From the NCBI RefSeq assembly GCF_006345805.1, contig NC_043000.1, positions 7,750,001-7,814,000 of the forward strand: a stretch of 64,000 nucleotides of DNA, in the 5' to 3' direction. Positions 25,469-36,969 of this stretch are shown one piece after another (position 1 is the first letter of the stretch; each line of letters starts with the position of its first letter). A program made the position numbers and the translations under genes. Under the pieces are notes generated by a model that was not told the DNA's origin, did no database searches, and saw only the letters and a program-made list of their open reading frames with translations. This stretch comes from Octopus sinensis (lineage: Eukaryota).

Positions 25469-25882
25469 CATCTTTTTTGTTAAAAATACTATTTCAATTC
25501 ATTTTAAATCATAGATTCTTTGCAAATGCTTTACATGAAGAAGTGTACACGTCTCTTTTACTTTCCACTTAGTTCATTGTAATTCATAAATACATAACAA
25601 TCTGCTTTGTTATCTTAAGATTGTCACCTACCATAAGAAGTTTAAAACTTGATTTTGAGTTCTACAGCTTTTTCAATGGTATATGATTTTACAATTTACA
25701 TGACTTTATTATTATTATTATTATTTTTTTTATTTATTTTTTTTTTTTGCATCTAGTAAAAATGTTAAAGAAAAATCGAGTAATTCAAATGTATTTCTTT
25801 TTCTGAAGTCTCTATTTTAATATTTTATGCTTTTATTAAAACACTTTCAAATATCTTTGGGCAATTCCATTAAAGGATAGGA

Positions 25883-25960
<78 letters not shown>

Positions 25961-26722
25961 CATCATCACCATCATCATCATCATTATTAGTAAGGCAGCG
26001 AGCTGGCAGAGTTGTTAGCACACTGGATGAAATGCTTAGTGGTATTTCACCTGTCACTATGTTCTGAGTTCAAATGCTGCTGAGGCCACCTTTGCCTTTT
26101 ATCCTTTCAGGGTCAATAAATTAAGTACCAGTGAAACACTGGAGTCAATGTAATTAATTAGTCCTCTTCTGCCAAATTTCAGGCCTTGTGCCTTTAGTAT
26201 CAAGAATTATTATCATCATCATTATTTGGTAACATGTATATGTAAATATATATATGTGCGTGTGCATGTGTATGAGTATATACGCATATGTGTATCTACA
26301 CATACATATACATACCTTCCTATAGTAGCTTTATATGACTATTAAAAGTAAAGTAAAACATACTCTATACTACCTTGAGCAAAAGGAATGTGTTCTTAGT
26401 TTCCTGAAGGCTGTTTTGGAGGAAAAAATTTTAGGGTGGATTGTTTGGTTAAAATTAAGAAAACACACACACACACATTTAGAATAATAATAATAAGTTT
26501 TATCATATATAACCACCAATTAGCTGGCAGAATTATTAGCATGCCAGACAAAATGCTGCTAAGCATTTTGTCCTTTATGTCTGAGTTCAAATTCCATCAA
26601 GGTTGACTTTGCCTTTCATCTCTTCAGGGTCGATAAAATAAGTACCAGTTGAACACTGGGGTTGATGTAATCCTCTTCCCCAATTCCCCATTCTTCCTGG
26701 TCTTGCCCCAAAATTAGAAACC

Positions 26723-26753
<31 letters not shown>

Positions 26754-26755
<2 letters not shown>

Positions 26756-26870
26756 TACATATGAGAGGGATGACCACTATGTGGACAACCCTTATGCTAG
26801 AAGGGTGAGGTGAGGGTCTACTTCTAGCATAAGGGTTGTCCACATAGTGGTCTTCTCTCTTATATGTATG
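26754..26870. repeat. Hairpin with 32-bp perfect stem and 17-nt loop
   Basis: GACCACTATGTGGACAACCCTTATGCTAGAAG (26772-26803) is the exact reverse complement of 26821-26852; pairing extends imperfectly to ~50 bp. Confidence 0.95.
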
Positions 26871-27215
26871 TAATACAATTTACTGAACCTTCAGGTTTTA
26901 ATATGCTAGACCACTGGTTTTAAATTAATGTTAATCAAATTAGTATCCAATTTTTCACCCTCATTTTAAATTTAAATATATATATATTCTAATAATAGAA
27001 TTTTCTCCCTGATAACAAGCTACAGACTTTTTCTGTAGTATTTTACTTGACAACACACGTGGATAGGCAGGGGAGGGTAATGAACCTCATTCATATTTTG
27101 AATTCGGTGGTACTAACACTGAATATGATCTGTCTGATACCATTAGGTGGAGAGATATGTTCAGTCATTCCAGTACCTTCGAATTTAATATTTCAATATT
27201 TAATATTGTTGGAGT

Positions 27216-27298
27216 CCCATGCTGATGAAGAAAATGGTTGGTAAAGTATAATTCTATATTCTTTATACCGATCTAATTCCGAAACACGCATACATGGG
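27216..27298 (+). ncRNA. Type I hammerhead ribozyme with long stem II and decayed stem III
   Basis: CCCAUG-CUGAUGA-[long stem II including GGUUGGU/ACCGAUC]-GAAAC-ACGC-AUA-CAUGGG. Stem I is a perfect 6 bp; stem III fits GCGC-GUA after CpG decay. Confidence 0.75.
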
Positions 27299-27466
27299 TG
27301 ACCAGATATGGATTGATTTTCGTTGCTTTTGGTTTTTCTGGGAGTCCCTTTTTAAAGTAGAAGAAATAGCTAAAGTTTTTGGCTGCTATTTCTAAACTTC
27401 GGTATGTGGTAAAGCAAATCTTTGCTGAACCCTAATTCTAAAGTATATATATATAACCTTGAGTAA

Positions 27467-28147
27467 TGAGGGAGAATTAAAAGTTATATGCACTCTTGTT
27501 TTTTTCAATCTATTTACACAAAAACAGGGGATAAACAAATATGCCATTTTTTCTATATTGTCCCCTTCCTTTTTGACACACTTGGTCCAGTGGTCCACCA
27601 GCTTGAGTATTCCCTCCATGAAGAAGGTTTTCGGTTGGTTGTGTGACCATTTGTGCACCACTTCCTTCACATCATCCGCAGGAAATTGACGACCTTGTAA
27701 ACCATCTTTGAGCGGTCCAGAGATATGATAGTCGGAAGGGGCAAGATCTGGGCTGTAGGCAGGGCGTTCCAACCCCTCAAAACCCAATTGGCTAATGGTT
27801 TCTGCAGTCTGGGCAGCCATGTGTGGGTGTGCATTGTCATGCATTAACAGAACCTTCTTTGACACTTGGCTTTGTTGTTTGGTGTGAATTGTTGGCCAGC
27901 AAAGCACCGTATCTTACACTGTTGATCGGATTACTGCTCTTCTTTGTTCTTCTTTGGTGCACATTGCTTGTGGAGCGGCCATGCTTATTACACTGTAAAA
28001 CCAGAAAGAAAAATGGTGTGATCAGGTTCAAACTTTGCTCACATGACCACAATAGTATCAACTATAAGCACGCATACACAGGAAGCAGTGTGACAATAAT
28101 AAAGACATGTTATGGCAAAAGTGTGGATAATTTTTGACTTCACCTCG
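27467..28147 (-). mobile_element. Internally deleted mariner (DD34D) element
   Basis: HDNAHPH...PAYSPDLAPSDYH has 34 residues between the two D; degenerate TIRs CGAGGTGAAGTCAAAAATTATCCACACT / TGAGGGAGAATTAAAAGTTATATGCACT. Confidence 0.92.
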
Positions 28148-28891
28148 TATATATATATATATATATTTCTAGAAAAATACAGTGTACATTTAAACACATA
28201 AGAGATGACCAATAATAGGACATCTGACTCACTAGAAAGAGCTGTTAAAAACTCTAAGCCACTAATAGTTGCAATTCTGAAAGGGAATGAAAAAAAATAT
28301 ATATATATGCACATATATATAGTAATTCATGTAAGGTAAACAAAAATTACAAGCTCCCTTTGGTTTCATTCGTTTGATTGATCATACATCGTACATATCA
28401 GCAGGTTTAAAATCAATAAGATACCTCATCTCATTGCTCTTACAGACAGCATAAATTGCTACAGACAATGTGAATTTATGTTACCACTTAAAAAAGACAT
28501 AATCATAATTGGTAAGTTCTAAGAATATATTACGCCAACTTATATTTCACCATATATGTTAGACAGTATGTAATTAATAAGAGATTTGTTATTTAAGTGA
28601 GTTTCAACAATATTAGATCAGATAGAATTATATTAGTGAGAAATCTAAATTTCAGTATGTAAAGTAGACCACAGTGAAAAAAAATGAACGAAAGCAAAAA
28701 GCAAAATAAGTTGATATTTCTAATGAATGACTGTGTCTGCAACATATCTGTTCTGATTGCAGCAGCTAATTAAGATGCCTCGTTATTATGGGTTTTTACT
28801 TAATTGATTCCGTTGCAAACTATGAACAATCTTCATGAATTTTAGAAATTATATGTAGAAATATATTTGAGCCTGTTATTCAGTTATGTAT

Positions 28892-28937
<46 letters not shown>

Positions 28938-28949
28938 ATATATACATAA

Positions 28950-29000
<51 letters not shown>

Positions 29001-29272
29001 AAAGTGAGATAGGGGTTATAATAAATGAAATGATTGCATTGCAAATATATATATAACTAATGTAGGATAAAATTTTTTTTTTGAAACAATTTTATCAATG
29101 GCCAGCATATCAAAAAATACCTTTAACGGTTAAATTTATAAATAACTTATAAAATAAGGGCAAAAGAAAAATTCTAATGCCAAATATGCCGAAAAAAAGA
29201 CAAAATTGTCAATAACCATTATAATTAATGCGTCTCGAAACAAGCCGATAGAAATTTCTAAAAAATCCGTTA

Positions 29273-29333
29273 TTACCGTATTGGTCCCAATTTCAGAGTT
29301 GATTCATAAGAATTTTCTCCTCGTCAGCGATAA
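29273..29333 (-). ncRNA. Type I hammerhead ribozyme with intact core
   Basis: Minus strand UUAUCG-CUGACGA-GGAG(..AUUC uuau GAAU..)CUCU-GAAA-UUG ggac CAA-UA/CGGUAA. All core nucleotides and three stems are present; predicted cleavage after AUA. Confidence 0.85.
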
Positions 29334-29337
29334 ATAA

Positions 29338-29389
29338 GTAAGACATAAATGAAATACTTACTTCAATACGTATTTCATTTATGTCTTAC
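29338..29389. repeat. 20-bp perfect hairpin next to the ribozyme
   Basis: GTAAGACATAAATGAAATAC / GTATTTCATTTATGTCTTAC with a 12-nt loop. Confidence 0.95.
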
Positions 29390-29731
29390 GTCGGGTCATA
29401 GTGCTAGTGCATGCATATACAGCTGCGTGCGTACACACATACACGTGAGTACTGTCCAAATCTCCGACCAATCACATACAGCTAGCTGGCATTCAATTGG
29501 CGTATCAAGTTTCAGGCAGTTTGATTGGGTTTTGGATAGAAAATTCACAAAAAAGTCACTTCTATTGATTTTTTTAATGGCTTTGCGGGGTGACTGAGGA
29601 AATGTAAAGATGTGCACGACCACCCTTGGATGGTTTTGAATGACTATAGAAAGTGCGAGCCCTCTAACTGAAAAATTGTGGATTTGTATAAAGGACACAC
29701 ACACAGATATTTTGCCTTTTATAATAAGAGA
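29390..29731 (-). mobile_element. 5' end of a non-autonomous Helitron
   Basis: Minus strand starts A|TCTCTTATTATAAAAGG followed by (TG)n, the typical TC start of animal Helitrons. Confidence 0.65.
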
Positions 29732-30525
29732 TAGAGATGTAATGACAGTGCATGGCCTAGTGGTTAGGATGCTCTGCTCACAATTGCAAGATTGTAGTTT
29801 CAATTCATGGATCATCTGCATTGTGTTGTTGAGCAAAGCATCTCATTTCACATTGCTCCAGTCCTCTCAGCTGTGAATGAGTGACCCTGTGATGGACTGC
29901 TACCTCATTCAGGGGTCAGGAAGTGTTAGGATCTTGGTCACCTAAATGTCATGGAGAATGGGCAACCAGTCTTATGAGTCTTGGGACTTAAGACAATTAC
30001 ATGACATCGTCATCGTCATCATCATCATCATCATCATTATTTAATGTCTGTTTTTCCATGCTGGCATGGGTTGGATGGTTTGACAGGAGCTGGCAAGGCC
30101 AGGTGCCACACCAGGTTCCATAGTCTGTTTCAACTTGCGTTCTACAGCTCGGTGCCCTTCCTAACACCAACCACTTTACAGAGTTTACTGGGTGCTTTTC
30201 ACATAGCACCATCACCAGTGCTTTTTATGTGGTACCAGTACCGGTGCCTTTTACGTGAGTGGGCAAGTCTTCTTGAGTACAGCAGCATGCCATGTATACA
30301 TACATACATATACACTCTGTAACATGTTTGGCATTAGAAAGGTCATCCAGCTGTAGAAACCATGACAAAGAAGATATTGGAGAAAGACACAGCCCTCCAT
30401 GTGTCAGATCTTGTCAACTCACACAGCCACTGCCAGCATGGAGGAAGGATGTTAAAGAAGGATGCTGCTGCTGCTGATGATGATGATGATATATATATCC
30501 CACTGTGTTAGAAGTAGAAAACATC

Positions 30526-31022
30526 TTTTATCTTTTCTTGTATTTGTGTCAGTCATTGGACTTCAGCCATACTGGGACTCTATGTTGAAGGGTTTTGCTC
30601 AAACAAATCAACCCCAGTACTTATTTTTAAAGTCTGGTACTTACTCTATTGATCTCTTTTGCTGAACTGCTTCATTACAAGGACATAAACAAACCAACAC
30701 TGGTTGTCAAGCAGTGGGGGTACAGATACAGACACAAAAACACACACATATATTTGGTGGGCTTCTTTCAGTTTTCATCTACCAAATCCACTCTCGACTC
30801 TTCTACAGTAGAAGATACTTGCTTACTGAACCCAGAACAATGTGAGTGGGAAACAGGCTTTATACCTAACAGCCCAGCCTGCACCTAAGTTTGCTTCCCA
30901 ACTACATGGTTCTGGGTTCAGTTCCACTGCATAGCACCTTGGGCAAGTGTCTTCTACTAGAGCCTCAGGCTGACCAATGCCTTGTGAGTGGATTTGGTAG
31001 ATGGAAACTGAAAGAAGCGTGT

Positions 31023-31080
<58 letters not shown>

Positions 31081-31316
31081 TGTATTTATGTATATATATT
31101 TATGTGTGTGTGTCTGTGTTTGTCTCCCCACCATCACTTGACAAATGATGTTGGTGTTTTTACATCCCTGTAACTTAGTTGTTTGGCAAAAGAGACTGAT
31201 AGAATAAGCACTAGGCTTACAAAGAATAAGTCCTGGGGTTGATTTGTTTGACTAAAACCCTTTAAGGTGGTGCTCCAGCATGGCTGCAGTCAAATGATGG
31301 AAACATGTAAAAGAAT
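30526..31316. mobile_element. Head-to-head inverted pair of family A SINEs
   Basis: A minus copy at 30526-30888 abuts a plus copy at 30889-31316. Confidence 0.85.
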
Positions 31317-31547
31317 GGCGGCAAGCTGGCAGAAATGTTAGCATGCCGGGTGAAATGTTTAGCGGTATTTCGTCTGTCGTTACATTCTGAGTTCAAATTC
31401 TGCCAAGGTCTACTTTGCCTTTCATCCTTTCGGGGTTGATAAATTAAGTACCAGTTACGCACTGGGGTTGATGTAATCGATTTAATCCCTTTGTCTGTCC
31501 TTGTTTGTTCCCTCTATGTTTAGCCCATTGTGGGCAATAAAGACATA
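31317..31547 (+). mobile_element. SINE family B with 18-bp TSD, nested in a family A tail
   Basis: GGAAACATGTAAAAGAAT at 31299-31316 and 31548-31565. Confidence 0.93.
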
Positions 31548-34500
31548 GGAAACATGTAAAAGAATATATAATCTCTATTAGTCAAGAAGGTTTTTTGTAG
31601 TTTGTATTGCAAAGTGTTGATTGAATATAAAGCAGAAACAAAAGTTCATTAGCTTCAATCAAAAGAATAGATATTCCACAGAAAGCTTATTATAGAAAGT
31701 CTGATTTTCTTTTCTTTTGTCTGCTTTGGTGTTTTTACTTTCATACTGCAATTTAGGTTCTTTAACTGATATATTTCTATCTAGTCTAATATTACTAAAG
31801 CCCACTTACTTTAATCATAAATCTCTTATTAATTATTTACTATGTACCATATACAATGAATTAGAAATTTGTGAAACATATTCTTAGAATCAACCAATTG
31901 TTATCTTAAATTATCATGGCTTTTTCAAGTGGAAACACAAATTTATATTGTCTGTAGCAGCAAAGTTTCTATACATGATTGATTTTTTTGTTCCAGAGAA
32001 TTTATCTTCAAAATGTATGCAGTCGCCACCATTCTTGAAATGGTACAAACATATTGATTAGTAAACATTAGTTGAAAAGAAAATAAGTTTTATCCAGCTT
32101 AGATAACTATAGATATTGATTTGCTTTTTGATTCCTTTCATGTCTAAGAATGATTGATTCAGTGAAGGGTAACATTTGTCAATCCTAAATGACATTTGTA
32201 TTTGTTTAAATACATTTTTTGTTGAATAATTATTAGTAATGTGGCTTTAGATTTATTGGTATATCATTAGATCTCGGTTGCAAACTATTTGTTCAAATTA
32301 GAATACAGTAAATACTTTTTATTGCTGTTATGTTTACAAATATAAATCCTTATTCTTTGCAGCATAATTCATTTTTTCCTTTTTATCCATATTTTATAAA
32401 GAATAAAATGAAAATACAAAATAACAATAATGCTTGTGTTATTATCAAATTATATTAACTCATATTTTTCAAATGATTTATTAAAAAAAATTGCACTTAA
32501 GTGTATGTAAAATATTTAGAAATCTAAATAAAATAATTATAATTAAATATTTCAATGGTAGAGCCTTAGATATGATACTGAGCTTTACAATTGCATGTCC
32601 ACTTCTTTTTTGTATTAATACAGTATTTATAAGTGACTAGGGGCATATATGGCTGTGTGGTTAAGAAGTTTGCTTCTACCATGTGGTTTTAGGGTCAGTC
32701 CCACTGAGCAGCATATTGGGCAAGTGTCTTCTACTATAGCCCTAGGCTGACCTAAGCCTTGTGAGTGGATTTGGTATACAAAAACTGAAAGAAGCATGTT
32801 GTACGTGTGTATACATATATATGTGGGGAAGGGCCCAATGGCCCAGTGGTTAGGGCAGCAGACTCGTAGTCATAGGATTGTGGTTTTGATTCCCAGACCA
32901 GGCGTTGTGAGTGTTTATTGAGCATAAACACCTAAAAGCTCCATAAGGCTCAGGCAGTGGGTGGTGATCCCTGCTGTACTCTTTCGCCACAATTTTCTCT
33001 CACTCTTTCTTCTGTTGGCGTCATTTGAAGGCTAAAACAATGCGAAGCGCATTGTGACCAGTGATGTATAGCAACATCTGATAGCCTGGTCGGTCATGGT
33101 GATCACGGTGATATATATATATATATACACACACACAACACACTTCTTTCAGTTTGTGTGGTTTGTGTGTGTGTGTTGATATCATCTGATGGTTGTAAAT
33201 GTTCATTTCCAGTCTTCTTTGTGGAAAAAAAATGTTGATGTATTGCCTTTGAGAAATATTACCTTGCTTGGAAACCGCTGATAGTAGCAACAGGAAGGGC
33301 ATCTGACCATAGAAAATCTGCCCCAACAAATTCCATCTGACACTTGTATACATGGAAAAGTAGATTTTAAAATGATTATGATGGCAGCAGCAGTGGTATT
33401 TCAACAAACTGGTGATTGTGCACTTGACACCATGTGGGTCTATACTATTTCAAGCTGATGTTTGAAACATAACATAAAATTTTGATGGAAGATTTTAATC
33501 TAAATCACTTTATCCCTTTTGTTACCACAATTCTGTTGGAATACATTTTCCTCTATTTCAATTAATTTTGAAAATAACAAAGAGATTGGTAAACTAGCTT
33601 TGTTCTTTGAAGATAGTATTTGAAACATAAATGAACATAGAATTTTGATGAAAGATTCTAATTTAGGCTTTTACTATCCAGGCATGTGAGATGCAGTTGA
33701 ATCGTGTCAGTGACCAGGTTACACTTGGTGCCATGAAAATGCTTAAGTGAAGTTAACAGTTAAGTGCATTTTTGAATGTTTAATGCGTGTCTTCCATGTT
33801 GTAATTGTTCCAATTTAGATTACTTTAAAACACGAAGTTTGTATCACAGAACCAGGTGTGGTCTCAGACAGGTTAGCAGCAAAAAGGTTAATGCAGTTAA
33901 AAGTTGGAAAATCTTTAATTCATCAATTAAGTGATCTTAGTTTGATGCTGTGTCACTGTGCTAAGATTACAGCTTGTCATTATTATAACTGATCGATACA
34001 TTACCTCAGACACGAAAAATATCAATCAGACTTTAAATTTTCACCTGCAGCTTCAGAATTTATATCCTGTTATCGATAAATCAGTTTCTGGAGACAGTTC
34101 ATTGACCATTTTAGGTGATCATTTGTAAATTCTCATCAGATGATTGCTGCATTAGGTTTAATACTAATACTACTGCTACACACAGAATGGGGCCTCACAG
34201 ACTGCTTAAGTAGTTTATTCCATGAATTATTATGATTAAATAATTTGTAAAGTGTTTGATAAGCGTCAATTGTCTAAAGAGTTTCAGCTATGAGCATTAT
34301 CAGTGGAACAGTATTTACTGCTTCTTAATCTTGTGGTAGGCTTTACTTAATTTCGTAGCAGAAAGTAGTCTTGCCTTGCTACAATGTTTAATGCCATTAT
34401 TGTCATCATCATCATCACCACCATCACCTCCATCACAGCCACCGTTATTGTTTTGATATTGACTTTCCCATTCTTGCATAGATTATGCAGAACTTGTTGA

Positions 34501-34656
34501 AGCAGAATTTCTATGGTTGGATGGTCTTTCTGACACCAACCTTCCTCAGCTATTTCTAAATAAGATATTATTCCCCTTAGTTCTTTGAACAATGAACACC
34601 TGAATGGTTAAATGTGATTTTACAACAGATTGTAAACAATGACACTGTTCTATATA

Positions 34657-36140
34657 CAGGATGTGAGGAGATATTTGAGGACTCTTAATTATCAATATAT
34701 TAATCTCTTCCAATCAATTAAAACATTTTTATTTGCTTCAGATCCCCCGTGACATAAAATGCAAGTACAAAACTTGAAAAAAACATAGTCATTCTGGTCT
34801 ATGTGTGGATCACAGTGATTTAGAAATTGCCATCTTCCTAAACGTTGAAAGACTTTTGGTACATGAAGTTTGGATGGAATTGAAAGCCATTAATAGGAAT
34901 GTTTCAACTGTATCAGAGAGAAAAAATAGTCTAAAAGTTCAGACACTATAAATACACCACAGTTCATCCAATGGGATCAAAATAGTGTTGATGATCCTGG
35001 GAAATCAATGAGTACCATCACCAAAGAACTTCAGGTGTGGCTATCAGGTGTGGCTATAAGAACTGTGCTGCATGAAAACATTCAATACAGGTCGTATGTA
35101 CCGAGGAGAGGCCAATTCATGTCTGCAAAGACACGGAAGCTATTTGATATGTGCCAAGCAGTTGCTAAATAAGGTTAAAAACCATCACAAACATGGCATG
35201 GTTTGTTTCTTTTCTAGTGAGAAAAACTTTGACACAGGCCAAAAGTCTAATAGTGGAGGCACATGGCCCAGTGGTTAGAGCAGCGGACTCGCAGTTGAGG
35301 GATCGTGGGTTCAAATCTCAGACCGGGCGATGTGTGTGTTTATGAGCGAAACACCTAAGCTCCATGTGGCTCTGGCAGAAGGTAATGGTGAACTTCTGCT
35401 GACCCTTTTGCCACAACTTCCTCTCACTCTTTCCTCCTGCATCCTGCAGCTCACCTACGACGGACCGGCGCCCCGTCTAGGTGGGGAACCTATTCGCCAA
35501 GGAAACCGGGAAACCGGCCCTTATGAGCCAGGCATGGCTCGAGAAGGAACAAACAACAAAAGTCTAATGATAGAAATGACAGGCAGAAATGCAGATCATT
35601 CTGATGGCCCCAGATTGATGCACACTAAGTTTTCAGCAACTGTGATGGTTTTAGAAGTGGTAGATAATGAAGGTCATGCTGTGCCGCCTCACTTCTTTCT
35701 GTAGGATCTTAGAATTAATGCTGTTGGATACATCGATGTGCTGGAAATAGTTGCTGTGCCCTGGATAGATGAAGTACACAGTGGAAGGCCATACAGGTTT
35801 CAGCAAGACTCAGCGCCTTCTCACAAGGTCCACATAACCCAGGAATGGGCTAAACAATCTTTTCAATTATGTGACACCAAACTTGCGGCTTCCAAACTCA
35901 CCAATTTAAATCCCATGGACTACTATGTTTGAAGTGTTGTCAAAAGGGAGAATAATTAACATCATTATACCATAGCTCCATCAAAGGCTGCATGTCTAGG
36001 TGATATGCAAAATGAAGAAGAACCATTTAGTGCAGGCATGTCACTGATTTTAACACTTCTTTGAAACAGTTATCAACACAAAAAGCAGATTCATTGAGCA
36101 ATCTTAGAAAGCTAATCAAGGCTTATGCGCAAATTTTTAT
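34657..36140 (+). mobile_element. Decayed maT/DD37D-like transposon interrupted by a SINE
   Basis: TA|CAGG start; motifs FFSSEKNF, HTKFSATVMV, PPHFF, FQQDSAPSHK...LNPMDYYV (third catalytic residue D). The right boundary is uncertain. Confidence 0.8.
35252..35556 (+). mobile_element. Young tRNA-derived SINE (family D-like) with 12-bp TSD
   Basis: A box TGGCCCAGTGG, B box GGTTCAAATC, (AAC)n tail; TSD CAAAAGTCTAAT at 35240-35251 and 35557-35568. Confidence 0.92.
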
Positions 36141-36709
36141 TAATTTTTTTTTGTTTTTGCTAAATTAGAATTGTTTTATTAAATTAAAAGGCTGAAAAAA
36201 AAAACGTACTGGGTTCAATTTTTTTGTCTAAAACCCCTCAAGGTGGTACCCCAGCATGGCCATAGTCTAATGACTGAAACAAAAAACAGATAAAACATGT
36301 ATTGGAGATAAGAGAATACTTGTGTTTTGGAGCTAATTTCAGAGTATTTCAAGCTTTTGAGTAACAATTTCATTGCTTGTTGTAGGGAGAGAAAAATGAC
36401 TGAGGGCGTCAGATATTTTATGACTTATGCAAAATATAGTGGCTTGCAGACACAGAATTTGTGGGCTGTAGAGATGTTGGTGCAATAAACTCTCAGAGTA
36501 TCAGATAGCTGGAACATTAATGTTATTCTGTTAGGAATTAATGTTGTATTTGTCGATTTTATTTCTCTGCAGCAATTGTGGAGAATTTAAACAAACTGAA
36601 TTGGACAATGTGAATAAAGTTATCTTTACAAACATTTCAGCATTTCTGAATAAAACTGAGTCTATTCATTGTGGTTGAATTATTAAGAATATAATTGATA
36701 TCATAAAAA

Positions 36710-36969
36710 ACAAAATAATGAATGTGCCCTTTTAAAGCCTAGCCAGGCTCATGGGCCCAGTTTCCTGGTTTCTATGGCATATGTGTCCCCCAGCTGGACG
36801 GGACCCCAGTCCATCGCAGCGTTACTCATTTTTGCCAGCTGAGTGGACTGGAGCAATGTGAAATGAAGTGTTTTGCTCAAGAACACAATGCATCGCCTGG
36901 TCAGGAATCGAAACCACAATCTTACAATCACGATGCTGACACCCTAACCACTAAGCCACGTGCCTCCAC
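36710..36969 (-). mobile_element. tRNA-derived SINE family D
   Basis: TGGCTTAGTGG and GTTTCGATTCC boxes on the minus strand; imperfect TSD ATTGA(T/C)ATCATA. Confidence 0.85.

Noticed and set aside
35255-35330. tRNA gene-like sequence, also at 50052 and 36900
   Set aside because: tRNA-derived SINE heads continuing into core and tail, with TSDs; no full cloverleaf.
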